Source: Hypanus sabinus (lineage: Eukaryota). Taken from it: 64,000 bases of DNA. Below the pieces are notes generated by a model. It ran no database searches. It saw only the letters and a list, made by a program, of their open reading frames with translations, and was not told the DNA's origin. The stretch covers positions 93,682,001 through 93,746,000 of the forward strand of contig NC_082714.1 of assembly GCF_030144855.1 (NCBI RefSeq). Reading direction: 5' to 3'. This document shows, piece after piece, positions 24,690 to 35,916 of the stretch. Every line of letters begins with the position of its first letter. Position 1 is the stretch's first letter. Both the position numbers and the translations under genes were made by a program.

Positions 24690-24925
24690 CTTTCCCCTTG
24701 CATTTCTTCTCACCGTACTTTTGTTGAATACCTACTTAACAAAGTGTACGATACATGCTTATCCTCCGCATCAAAGCACAATGGTGTCTGATATTTCGTC
24801 AAAAAAGACGAAGGAAAACGATAGGCCAATGTGCTCATGGGCGCTGACAATACAGACGAAACGTTGATTGTTATCACGGAAAAAATAAATGCTGTTGATC
24901 GGGTATTCCTCTGATTAGCGACAGA
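24690..24925 (+). pseudogene. Possible highly decayed C1 exon of gene C, truncated by a CR1 3' end
   Basis: Across frameshifts: TVLLL..LTKCTIHAYPP, SDISS (cf. WNISG), NTDETLIVIT (cf. DQSYSVRS), RVFL*LAT (cf. EVCTCIAH with Cys>TGA). CR1 3' sequence begins at ~24927. Confidence 0.3.
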
Positions 24926-25200
24926 GGAATAGTACAGCACAGTGCAGACCCTTCGATCCACGGTGATGTGCCGACAATTTAATCTATTCTCACCTTACCA
25001 GCTTACAGAGCCTTCCATTTTTCATACATCCATGAGCCTATTTAAGAGTGTCTTAACGGTTCTTAATGTATCTGCCTCTGTGCCCAACATTGGGAGAGCG
25101 TTCTACACCCTCCTCACTCTGTGTAAAAAGTCTACCTCTGACATATCTTTAAATTTTTCCGCAATTACCTTAATAGTTTACTCCTCGATAGTTTGCGACA
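24925..25200 (-). mobile_element. CR1 3'-end fragment
   Basis: atagtacagcacagtgcagacccttcgatccacg matches the CR1 3' ends seen elsewhere in the window (e.g. ~19965, ~56280). Confidence 0.65.
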
Positions 25201-25754
25201 GTTTCTTTCCGGAGTAAGCTGGAGTCTTTCCAATTAATATGTGTTTGGTAACTGACTGTAGCCAGAACGGTGGGTAAAGAAGAGCACCATAACCTTCCAC
25301 CGTGCCTGACACCGGGATGGTAGACCTTTGTACTCCACCGCATCAATCTGCCGATATATAGTATTCATATAGTTATCACCACCTGACGCTACCTCACGAG
25401 TTTGCTCTCTTTCTGCACCAGGAACTGTAAATTATAAAATAAATTTATTTTTAAATCTGGTTATTATCGTAATTTATAGAATTTAATATTGCACAACAGG
25501 TGTTAGTGATTTTAAACTTGATTCTGATTCTAATTATCCACCCATCCGTCCTTTTCTCCCCTCTCTTTTGACACATAGGCGGATATTTAACTATTTCATA
25601 AATATTTATACCTCATTTTCTGGATCTTGTGCACTATGATCTGCTCACAACCTCCTACCGTGCGCAGTCCCTTTGTGAATATATCGTTAGAGTCGGAAAT
25701 TATGAGATAGAAATGTTGGAATATATAAAAACGAACGCTTCTTTTCTCTTGCAG

Positions 25755-25871
25755 ATGTCTCATCCACGCATGTTTGCCTTTTACTGTATCATGTCGGCTT
25801 TCCTGTGGCGATTATCTTTCAGCTCACGGATATATTCGCCTTGGGACGAAGCTACAGGAACCGGCAGTCAG
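25755..25871 (+). pseudogene. Gene C transmembrane exon (paralog of 8682-8801)
   Basis: cttttctcttgcag| (D)VSSTHVCLLLYHVGFPVAIIFQLTDIFALGRSYRNRQS, 117 nt, phase 1-1; D1, C8, L11, R32, Y34 and R35 sit at the same positions as in gene A. Confidence 0.7.
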
Positions 25872-25972
25872 GTTCCACATTCGTTCTAACTCCCCAGGAT
25901 TGTTTTTATTGCCGTTGTTGTCTGGTTCTGGGTTTAACGCTATTGTTTACATTAAATCTCTTTCCTTTTCAG

Positions 25973-26031
25973 GAAACAAGAACGGTCGGATGAACTTTGC
26001 AGAAGTGAGACCACGAGCAGCAGGAAATGAA
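25973..26031 (+). pseudogene. Gene C first cytoplasmic exon
   Basis: tttccttttcag| (G)NKNGRMNFAEVRPRAAGNE |gtagga; 59 nt, phase 1-0, after a 101-bp intron, the same lengths as in gene A. Confidence 0.65.
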
Positions 26032-26819
26032 GTAGGAATAAATTATTTTTGGTTTATTGTAATATAGAACATCACAGTGCAGCACAGACACAGACCCTCC
26101 CCGCCATAATGTTTTGCCGAGCTAATCAAATGAACGCTGATAAACGAATATATTCCGCCTGTACAAGTGTACATTCCTCATCCGTGTGACGGTCTCAGTT
26201 TATTATAAGAAGATATAAAACATTCCAAATGAGACGGCGCAAATCTTTCATTTGGGCCTTGACATTCTGGGATAACTACTGATAAGAGTTATGGAGCACG
26301 GAAACAGGCTTTTCCGCCCAGTCCCTGCCTGCTGACTATGATGCATTATTTGGCTAGTCTTCTCTGCCTACATTTTCCTAACTTTCCTAATTTTGTAACT
26401 GTACCGGCCTCTACCACTTCCTCAGGCAAGTCGTTTTATGCACAGTCCGACTGAGCTCTGTTGGATATAAGATCCTAAATTTCTCCTCAAATCTTTCCTC
26501 TTTCACTTTGACCCCGTGGTCTCGTTTTACTTTTCCTTACCTTGGAAAAGACATGACATTCCACTTTATAACTCAGGATCTTATAGACATCGGCAGAGTG
26601 GCCCCTGAGCCTCCATCGCTTCAGGGAAAGCATCTACAGTATTCTCGGTCTCTTCTTCTAACTCAAGCCCGACAGTCTCCAGTTACATTCTGGTAAATCT
26701 TTTGTGGACTCCCTCCACAGAAGAAGCAGGCTATTTCTATGGAGTATGGCGACCAGAAATTAACCAATATTCCAGATGTGGTCCCCTCACTACCTCTATA
26801 CTTAATAATTTAATAACTT

Positions 26820-27400
26820 CTATAGATGCAAGCTGGACAATATTCTGATTAGTTCCATCACTGCGTCGCATGGAAACACCAATGCCCTTGAACAGAAAAG
26901 CCGAGAAAAATTAATGGGTACATCCCAGTACATTACAGGATATTCCCTCACCATCACTGAACACAGGAGTGAGGTCGCACAAAAACAGCACTCATCATCA
27001 ACAAACCTACCACCCAGGCCATGCTTTCTTTTGGCTTTGGAATGAGGTATAGAAATCTTGGGTCCCACACCTCGAGGTTCCTGAACAACTGTTTCTACTC
27101 AATAAATTAAGGTCCTGAATCCATGTTCTAAGCTAATTCCCCCATCTATGGACTCACCTTCAAGGACGCTACAACTCAATTTTTAAAAATTATTGACATA
27201 CCTGTTTACTGATAATTTTGTGTGGCGCAGTAGGTTTTTTTTTGCACATTGGTTGTTTGCCCGTCTTGGTTTGTGTGCAGTTTTAGATTGATTCTATTGT
27301 GTTTCCATTACGTACTGCGAATACCAGCATGAAAATCAACGTCAGGGCGGTATATCGTAACATGTCTGTGCTTTGTTAATAAATTTACTTTGAACATTGC
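26820..27400 (+). mobile_element. Rex1-like LINE 3' fragment
   Basis: Similar to the Rex1 C-terminal/3' UTR sequence at 43250-43990 (ITA.HGNTNA.E.K.., ..aataaatttactttgaac). Confidence 0.55.
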
Positions 27401-28497
27401 ATTTAGAACTGTGTTGACACATACATAGAATTATGGCTTCTGCTCCAATGTCTATTTTACAACACCAGCCACCAACTTCAACTGCAGGCCGGGTTATATA
27501 TTATATAATCCCTGCCCTGGCATTTTTTTAGAACCAAGAGGCAGGTACGACACATCATTATGGACACAACTCACCCAGAGAACTGTCTTTAAAAATGCTC
27601 CACCTGGAAAGCGCTATATGACTATTAAAACAGAAACCTCACACTCTTATAACAGACTCTCCCTCCCAGGTATTTAATCTAATCAACCATTCTCTCCATC
27701 AAGCACTGCAGCCCTTTAAACAACAATTTTTAATGCCGTTTATATCGTATTTTGTGCTGAAATAATCAGAGATCCACATCGCTGTGTGCCTCAGAGATCT
27801 TTCGTGTCTGACCTTGTACCTCACTTCCATCATTGTTACATTTTCAACCTGAATGGCCAATTTCACATTTACCCGTGCGGCAAAGCATTTGTTAGTTATT
27901 TATGCACTTGTTTAAACTACCATTAACAGTCTTGGCCTCTTTATGGCCCTTTCAAACTTAGTTTTCTAACTGTCTTCGTGTCCTGAAGAAGTTATGAAGC
28001 ACTTGTCCACGTCCTTTACATTAATCGTAGCACGATGATGTTTCAACATTAGTCGCAATGGTACCATCTTTACTACGTTTATTATTTTGATCTGTATCCA
28101 AATTGTGTCTACTTCCCAACATCCACAACATAATTCACTCTTCTTTAAAGTACCATGACTATTACTTCCAAGCTTACAGGGAGAAGATGGGAGAATGTAG
28201 CTGAAAGGGATAATAAATTAGCCATGATGGAATGGCGGAGTGGACTTATTGGGTCGAATGACCTCATTCTGCTCCTATGTCTTATGATCTTATGGTATTA
28301 TCCTTGTTACTTCACCGCACTCACTAATCCCAATTCTGAGGAGCTCTTGTGATACCTTTTCACCACCTATGCAAATTAGTATTTAATACTACTGTGTAAG
28401 AACGTTGATGGGATGAACGCTCTCCTTTTGTCCCCGTCACATTCTTACGATGCTCATTGTTTGCTCTCGGAATCTACCAACGCTGGCTGATTTTCAG

Positions 28498-28719
28498 AGT
28501 GGGCTCTTTTGCCAGAGGGCAGGTGGAAGAGAGGATTTCGCTATGCTGATTTGACATGTAGCATGGCTGCAGTGGGAAGGGCTGTCAGTGACAGTTGCAG
28601 TCATAAGGCAATAGTCTTCTGGGGGCTTCCGGTGAGTAGTGCCCAAGAAGGCCGCAATCTGTTACAGATCAAATCCAGGTCTTTCCTGGTGTGTACGAAA
28701 TTAGGTCAGCTAAACAATG
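28498..28719 (+). other. Open exon-like segment, candidate gene C tail exon with ITIM-like motifs
   Basis: gattttcag| acceptor, G|gtaagt donor, 222 nt open; contains FRYADL and LVCTKL. Its phase (1) does not directly match the upstream phase-0 exon. Confidence 0.3.
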
Positions 28720-30769
28720 GTAAGTAAGTTCAAAATACCGAGTTGAAAAACTACCAGTCCTTCTCCAGATACCAGCTACGGGGAGCACCAACTCGTGACA
28801 CTGAAGCAATTTCTCCTAGGCTTTTACAGACCACATTCCAAGAGGAATGTTCAATCCTATTTTACAGAAGCCAGTTAATATGTTTTGCTGTTTTTTTTAT
28901 CTTGATTTATCATTTGTGTTTAACAAGATTGTGGTTTCCTTAAACTGATGCATTTAATTTCACTTTGTACCTATGTAGGAAACTTTGGCTTGATCTAATT
29001 CAAGATTGTATCATTTACAATGTGCAATAAAAGAGATTGGACAATGAAAGACCGTGTATTTTCGATTCCATGCACGTGGTCAAGAAATGCAGAAAAGGCT
29101 TGACCCAAAGCAGAGCCGCGGAGACGATTCAGTGGTGAATAATAACTTTAATAATAAATCACAAAGCAACAAGCCACGAAGAACCACAACACCACAGTAA
29201 ACAGAAAGTAAACAAAACAGGGAACGAAGTATACTTTAGCCAGGGAGAGTAAAAGCTAGGAACAACTGGATGAGTTCGATTGGTTCGATGAGTGAACATG
29301 GCCTGTGGATGAGAATCGGGGTTAAACAGGCTGCAGGTGAAAACTCTCGAAAGAGCAGCAGGTGAATCCAAATAGCTGAGTTGAAACTGGGATTGCTTGC
29401 ATTTGAACGTTGAAAGGCGTCAATGTCCACCGGTACCTAATATCCTGTAAACCCACTTTCCCAGTTCATGGTTCATACTGTTTATCCAGAATTAATATTT
29501 TGGCGTGAAGTTCCTGGAAATACGATATGGACCGACTTGTCTTTTCACTCATTATTGCATAAGACCGCTTAGCTTCAATCGACAAGGCCACTACAATTGA
29601 CATACCCTTTTCTCATTGCTATCATCAAGAAGTTACAGGAGCTTAAAGACACGTACACCGTTTCAGGAACAGACTCCTCCCCTCTACCATTAGATTTCTG
29701 AATGGATAATGATACCATTACACTACCTCAGAATTTTTCCTCTATTTTTGTACCAATTATTTTATTTAATTTTTATATCTTCTTCTTATTGTAATGTTTA
29801 GTTATCATTATGTATTTCAAATTTCTGCAGCCGCAAATCAACGAATTACACGAAATATTTAAGTGTTATTATATCTGATTCTGATTCTGAATCTCAAGAC
29901 CGGGCCAATTCAGGTTGCCGAGTGACCTACAATGTGCGGAGGTCAGAGGAGCCCTTAGCGAGAAGAGTAGAAGCGGGGCTGGGGTGTCGGGAGGTAAGGG
30001 GAGAAGGGGCGAGGGGACAGAGTGTCAGAAACCACCGCTATTAATAGATTCACGGCATTGATTTGTTCTCCAATTTTGTTCGGGAATTTCTCTGCTTAAG
30101 AAGGCACCGAGTCAAATACTTACACAATGAAACACATTCGGGAAGAATCACACGAAACACAGATTTGATTGCCGTCAGTAGACACACTGCTTTAGACCTA
30201 AAAATATTTGCCACTCTTATGGTAAGTGTGGGATGATTTAGCTCAAATTCAAAGCTTTGTCATTCAACCGTACACATTTACGCAGCCAAATGACATTAGT
30301 TCCTCTCGTAGAAGGCGTACAACACAGGACATATACCTCCCACACAACACATAAAATAATATTACCACAAATAAAAATATATTCCAGCAGACTGACACTT
30401 CGTCAGTCTTCACTTCATCAGCCCAAATGCTTTGCGATGTAGTTTCCCTACAGCCGAGGCTCAGTGTAGTTCTGATGAGACAATGGCATCATGTATGAAT
30501 CAGAAGATGGAGTCATTGGAATTCATATTGGTTGCGCCTTTTTCTCCAGTTGGAACTAAGTTATATGATCGGCGTGAGGAGGCCATTCGGACTGATTCGT
30601 CTACCGACAGTTAGTAAAAGCAGTTCAGCATCAGATTTTAACAAAACAGTTTTTCGACGGTTCCTCTACAGAATTTTACATTTTTTCTTGCCTCTGATAC
30701 AAAGAATTCCATAACGCCACTCCTAAACCATGGCCCTGCATCCTCCTGTTCGTGAATTCCTGACTACTG

Positions 30770-31990
30770 CCACTAACATCTTAAGAACTAATCATATCAC
30801 TCTTTATTCTTCTGAAGAGTGGAGGGTCATTCAACCAATCTGCAAGCCCCCAACCCTGTAACCTTTGATGTCAGAGCCGATCAAGGAGCTATTAATCTCC
30901 ACCTTAAATACACCCAACGCCATGGCCGTAGCCGTCCGTGGTAACAAATTCCGCAAATTCAGCGCCCCTGGCTAAAAAAATTATCCACATCTCTTTTAAA
31001 TCAACGCCTCTGTAACTTGAGGCTGTGCCCACTTGTCCTAGGCTCCCCCACCAGGGCAAACATCCTTTCCACAACAACCATGTCGAGGCCTTTCAACATT
31101 AAAAAGGCTTTAATGAGATCCCCTCCACTCATCCTTCTACATCCAGCGAGTACGGGTCCAGAGCCATCAAACGTTCCTCATCCGAGAACACTTTCATTCA
31201 CGGAATCATCCCGGCGAGCCTCCTCTGAACTGTCCCAAATGCCAGAACACCTTTCTTAGATAAAGAGCCCAAAACTGTTCACAATACTCAAGATGAGACC
31301 TCACCAGTGCCTTATAGGATCTCAGCATTACATCTCTGCAAACTCAGTTCCAAAATATTAAAGTGAACCGGAAGATCAGACTGAAACTTTAAACACAGTT
31401 TGAGGAATGTTTCTTGTAAACCATCTCAGGTAGTCTTTTGTCAGATTACACTTGGTGTATTGTGAGCAGTTTCGGGCCCCTTATTTAGGAAATAATGTGC
31501 TGACATTGGGGAGAATCCAGAGAAAAGTTGACGAGAAAGATCCCGGAATGAAATGGTGAACGTATGAGGATCGTTTGATGGCTGGTGTTTAGGAGAATGA
31601 AGTGTTGTGGGGGATCTCAGTGAAATATACTGAACAGTGAATGGTCTAGATAGAGTGGACGTGCAGAAGTTGTTTTCTACTGTGGGAAAGTCTAAGACAA
31701 AAAGCACAGCCTTGGAATTGAGGGACGTCCCATTAAAACAGAGATGAAGAGATTTACTTTATCGAGAGGGTGGTGAAGCTATGGAATTCATTGCCACGGA
31801 CGATTGTGGAGGCATACTTAAAGCGGTGTTTTGCTGGTTGTTGATTAGTAAGGATATCAAAGTTTACGGGGAGTATGCAGAAGAATGGCGCTGTGAAATG
31901 GATAATGAAATAGTCATAATGGAATAGTGGAGCAATCCCGCTGGACCGAATGGCCAAATTCTGTTCCTATGTCATGTTGTCTTATGGTTT
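30770..31990. mobile_element. Two CR1 3'-end fragments (- at 30770-31330, + at 31430-31990)
   Basis: Both resemble the RT C-terminus/3' UTR of other CR1 copies in the window. Confidence 0.65.
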
Positions 31991-32571
31991 TTGGTTTAAA
32001 AAATCGCTGTTTTCCCTCTCAGGCCAAAGACCTCTTGCTCAAATGCAAGCGTTTAACTTCTCTAAATGCCTCGGTTGTTGCCCAAAAAGCGGATTCAAGA
32101 GTCAAGATTGATTGTTACTTCGATCCGTTGCAGCATAAGAACACAATGGAAGCACAAAAAAGTACAATAAATAGAAAGTCAATCCGATAAGACTCAATGT
32201 ACAGTAGCTAAGTTGTAGCGTAAGTTGAAACCACAGGCGGAATAACCCCGAAAGTGACCATTGATTAATGCAAAACACTTTTTTTGTTATGTTACAATAT
32301 ATTTAATTTATACTGATGAAATTCAAAATGATAACTCAGAGGAAAGCTTTGAGATGAGACTTACGCAAACTATGCAAAAAAAGAAACTGTTCTTCACTTA
32401 AGGTTAGGAATTTGCCAGAATCGCGACATCAATGTTAGTCCAATATTCTATTTACGTATCAAGTGAGCCGGCACAAATCTTATCAGTCCAGCAGCGTCAG
32501 ATGATTCGTTCAGTAGGTTTTGGTGTCGCCCAAGGTTCGGTCCATTTCTTCGTAACCTTTCAAACAGATTC

Positions 32572-32634
32572 TCATCTGCGGGGTGAGGATGATGCAGCGA
32601 ACTCGAGAGAGGCGTAAAGGATCGGCGCTTGGGA
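32572..32634 (-). CDS. Gene B terminal exon with canonical ITIM
   Basis: gctatatattccag| SQAPILYASLEFAASSSPRR* in phase 0; ILYASL fits (I/V/L/S)xYxx(L/V). Confidence 0.75.
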   Translation of the reverse strand, partial: SQAPILYASLEFAASSSPRR

Positions 32635-32880
32635 CTGGAATATATAGCAAACATTGGCAATCAAAGATATCTCACAGCACGATCTACTATTTTTCAACAG
32701 TCACGACTGTGTCAAACTTCCTCTGCGAGATAATCCCTTAAGTAACTGCAGCAGATTAGTAAAGTATGGCTTCCGCTTCATAATTCCCTGTTAACTCTGG
32801 TTAAACCCATCATTATTTTGTACCCAATCCGAAACATCAAATTTGTGAATCTTACAACGGGTTGCGGTCACCATTCGTAC

Positions 32881-32930
32881 CTGAGCCACAGTGCCGTGTA
32901 CTTCGCGCGTCGCCAATTGCCGATGGGTCC
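32881..32930 (-). CDS. Gene B first cytoplasmic exon
   Basis: ttctttcattgcacag| (G)THRQLATREVHGTVAQ |gtacga; 50 nt, phase 1-0, linking the TM exon to the ITIM exon in frame. Confidence 0.65.
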
Positions 32931-33179
32931 CTGTGCAATGAAAGAACACGAATTGGAACAATTATTTGGTCTGGACAACTTATAATGCCATAACCGAGCA
33001 ATCCAAACATGACATTAGCCCCCAATAAATCAGTTGTCGGTCTATGCTAATTAGTTCAAATTCACCAATGGTTCTCAGATGCATCACGAATTTCTAATTC
33101 ATTTCCAAATATGCCAATAACCCCAGACACGAGAATATTTTTCAAATACACAAACCGCTCCGTCATAGAACCCCATGTG

Positions 33180-34270
33180 CCAAGCAGGTGCTATACCTGC
33201 AAGCTAGCGGAGAGAAAAAGGGCCTTACACCTCCTTTGGTCGAGACGAATCTCCACCCCTCCACCCAAAGTAAAAATGTAGCAATGGGAATGACGTATTC
33301 AGTTGGTATAATATCTTTGTCTGAAACCGATCCGGAAATTTCACAAGGAAAAATAAGAACTGAAATGACAATTATTAGAAAACACCTTGTACCCTTGAAC
33401 GTAATTATATTAATACTACCTAGGACAGAATGAGAAAGAGGAATAACAGATATTACAAAGCTAAACGACAGTTAGATAAAATTTAAAGGATATATTTTCG
33501 TCAAAGAAAACAGAAGTCAGTATCTACACTAGCATATGCAATACGGATAAGAAGTTTTGGGTGCATTACTAAACTTCAATAACAGCACAACTCAGGAAAG
33601 TAAAGGAATTATCGTCCCAGAAGAAAAGGTTAACCAATGGAAGAGCATAACCCTCCATGGAAGACTTCCCATGATCGGAGCAGACTAGATGTTGACAAGG
33701 AAATGTTGAATGCCTGTTTCAGAGTTGACGAACTCTTCCATGTGGTAAGACAGGACCAGGTAGGTTACACAAAAACATCAAAAATATCTAATAAAAGACC
33801 AACAAATTCAAGACGATAAATTCAGAAAATGCCCGGAAAAACGGAAACAATCCAACATTATACAGGATAATGCAGCAATTTATCTCAATCTGATTACTTA
33901 GCCAGCCATAACTCATAAAATCCGAACTCATAAAAGACACTATACCTTACACTAAAGATAAGCCTAATTCAGGTTTAGAGTCAGTGTCCGACAAATTATA
34001 TTATGACCAATGCATTATTTCTGATAGGGCGGTTTATAATTGCTGCCTGGATTTTATATTACAGGAAAGAAAAACAAGAAAGAACAACGTACTTAATAAA
34101 CATAGGCATTCCAAAGACAAGTACTGCAGATAAATCACAAAGTGAAAATCACCAGATATGTGCGGAATTAAATGAGGAAATTGAAAGTGTATAGAACATG
34201 AACAGGGTATGCGTTGTCTTAAAAGTGATATCTACAACTTGTATCGCCCTAAATTCTCTTCACGGGAGAT
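33180..34270 (+). mobile_element. Ancient ERV/LTR-element remnant: integrase-like then possible env start
   Basis: CYTC (33189-33200), YSVGIISLSETDPE..T..IIRKHL (cf. Y.LV.VD.FS.WPE), LAYAIRI; then hydrophobic MTNALFLIGRFIIAAWILYY at 34003. Many stops. Confidence 0.4.
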
Positions 34271-35210
34271 AAAATGTAAGGTCTGCACATCAATTTCTCT
34301 ATAAACCTTCAGAGAGCGACAATAATAAACACCTAAAAAGTTCCAAGTTCCAAGTTCTAAGTACAAAGTTCCAAGAAATTGAGGCTATGCTTGGCTATGT
34401 CCATACCTCAAGTTTTACGGAACTGATCCAGGGAAAAAAGATAAAAACTCAGCAAGAATAATAATATGAGCAACATACACAAAGGCAGCACAAATGGCTG
34501 TATTGAGACTTCAAATCCCTACCTTCTGAGATTTCAGTCCAAGCCCCCACCGCAATTCCTCTCTGCCTTCGTCCTTCTAAACCCATTAGCAGCAATTATC
34601 ACACAGAGTCTTGAAACAGGGACCACAGCTCTTGTTAATAGTTACATGGATATTTCTGGGGAAAGCCAACTCTCACCTGATCTACGCTCTTTAGAGATCC
34701 GAATAATAATTAGGATAAACAGGAAGACAAGGATCCCAAGGAGTGTCACTGTGGGAAGACACCAGCCTAGAGAAAGAGAATTGTTTTTTGCTGAAATCAT
34801 GGTTTCCAAGAACGCTTTATTGGAGCTTTCATTTGGTTGTAATATGAATGTTTTTACATCATTGGATGCTTTCTTAAATATTTATATATAAGTCTTTACT
34901 GAAATAATTTTAGGAAGTTTTTGACTTGTGTTGCATGTCCTACCCTGACCAGCACTTTACAGCAAATTCCCAACACGTGTAAATGTATATGGTGAATAAG
35001 TTCGACCTTTGACCCTCAAACTATAATGTACGACCAGAAACCCATGGCAACGTTAGCCAAAGAACGACCCAAAGAATGAAATAGCGCATGAGGCCATACG
35101 GCTTCTCAGACCGTTTTTCCGCTTTGGCTCGCACCCACCTTGACCGTTCCAATCATTTCCGCAGTTTACTATCTCAACTTGGAAAGACAGCGCCCTTCTT
35201 TCATTGTTAC

Positions 35211-35336
35211 CGTATCTAATTCCCAGAAGCCTCTCCCAACCATACTGTGAGATCATCACGGACATCACGGAATTAAGAAGGAGGGTCAGCCCCAGCCTTT
35301 CAAAGGCCAGCCAATGGTGGAGATAAGCAGATTGTT
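35211..35336 (-). CDS. Gene B candidate TM exon (acceptor lacks AG)
   Basis: (E)QSAYLHHWLAFERLGLTLLLNSVMSVMISQYGWERLLGIRY G|gtaac; 126 nt, open; preceded by a pyrimidine tract ending ttttg rather than ag. Confidence 0.45.
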
Positions 35337-35512
35337 CAAAACGAATAAATACAAGTTAATGTTGATTGTGACATTTTTGAACCGGCGAGTTATTCCAGCA
35401 GACATAAGACAATAAAACATAAGAGTAATATTAGACGGTTCGGCCATCGAGTCTGTTCCACCATTTCACCACAGACGAGAACCAATACTTTATGTACAAA
35501 AAATTGCCTCAC

Positions 35513-35833
35513 CTTGATCTGGTTCAATGATGATATGGGACACGCTCTTGATTATCGTCTTTCCTGCACCCCCGAGGTGTGCGATACATGTACATACTTC
35601 ACCGCTCCTCCAGGTTTCCACTGGGACTGGCATCTGACTTCTAACACTGTAACTCTGGTCTGAGTCAAGCGTGCCGGTATCGCTCCATCCTTCCATGATC
35701 TCTCCGGATATGTTCCAATAAATGACAATCTGGATGGAAGAAAGGCCGCCGACCAGACACACCAGGGAAACCGTCCCGTTCGTCTGAGACGGTGTGACAA
35801 ATACCAGCATGTCAGTCTGGTTGGTGGAACTGT
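35513..35833 (-). CDS. Gene B C1-set exon (intact)
   Basis: ctctgtccag| DSSTNQTDMLVFVTP..VSLVCLVGG..IYWNISG..DQSYSVRS..WRSGEVCTCIAH..EPDQ G|gtgag; 321 nt, phase 1-1. Confidence 0.9.
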
Positions 35834-35916
35834 CTGGACAGAGATTGGGATACCGTTAATCGCAGCTTCAAATGAAGTACATGGCGGAGTATAATCCCAC
35901 TGTCGAGTTCTCTTAC

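Noticed and set aside
24710-24961. Minus-strand ORF with a hydrophobic stretch and VSYTLL (ITIM-like)
   Set aside because: Gene B's tail is already explained by 32930-32572; the ORF starts in a CR1 3' end and has no phase-compatible splice structure.
29060-29500. Possible solo LTR
   Set aside because: Composition is suggestive, but TG..CA ends and a target-site duplication could not be defined.
34340-34375. Short aagttcc repeats (CRISPR-like periodicity considered)
   Set aside because: Only 7-bp degenerate units without spacers, in a eukaryotic context; probably a simple-repeat tail.
35898-35904. Heptamer-like GACAGTG in the V-C intron of gene B
   Set aside because: Lacks the essential CAC, has no nonamer, and lies downstream of an already joined J.
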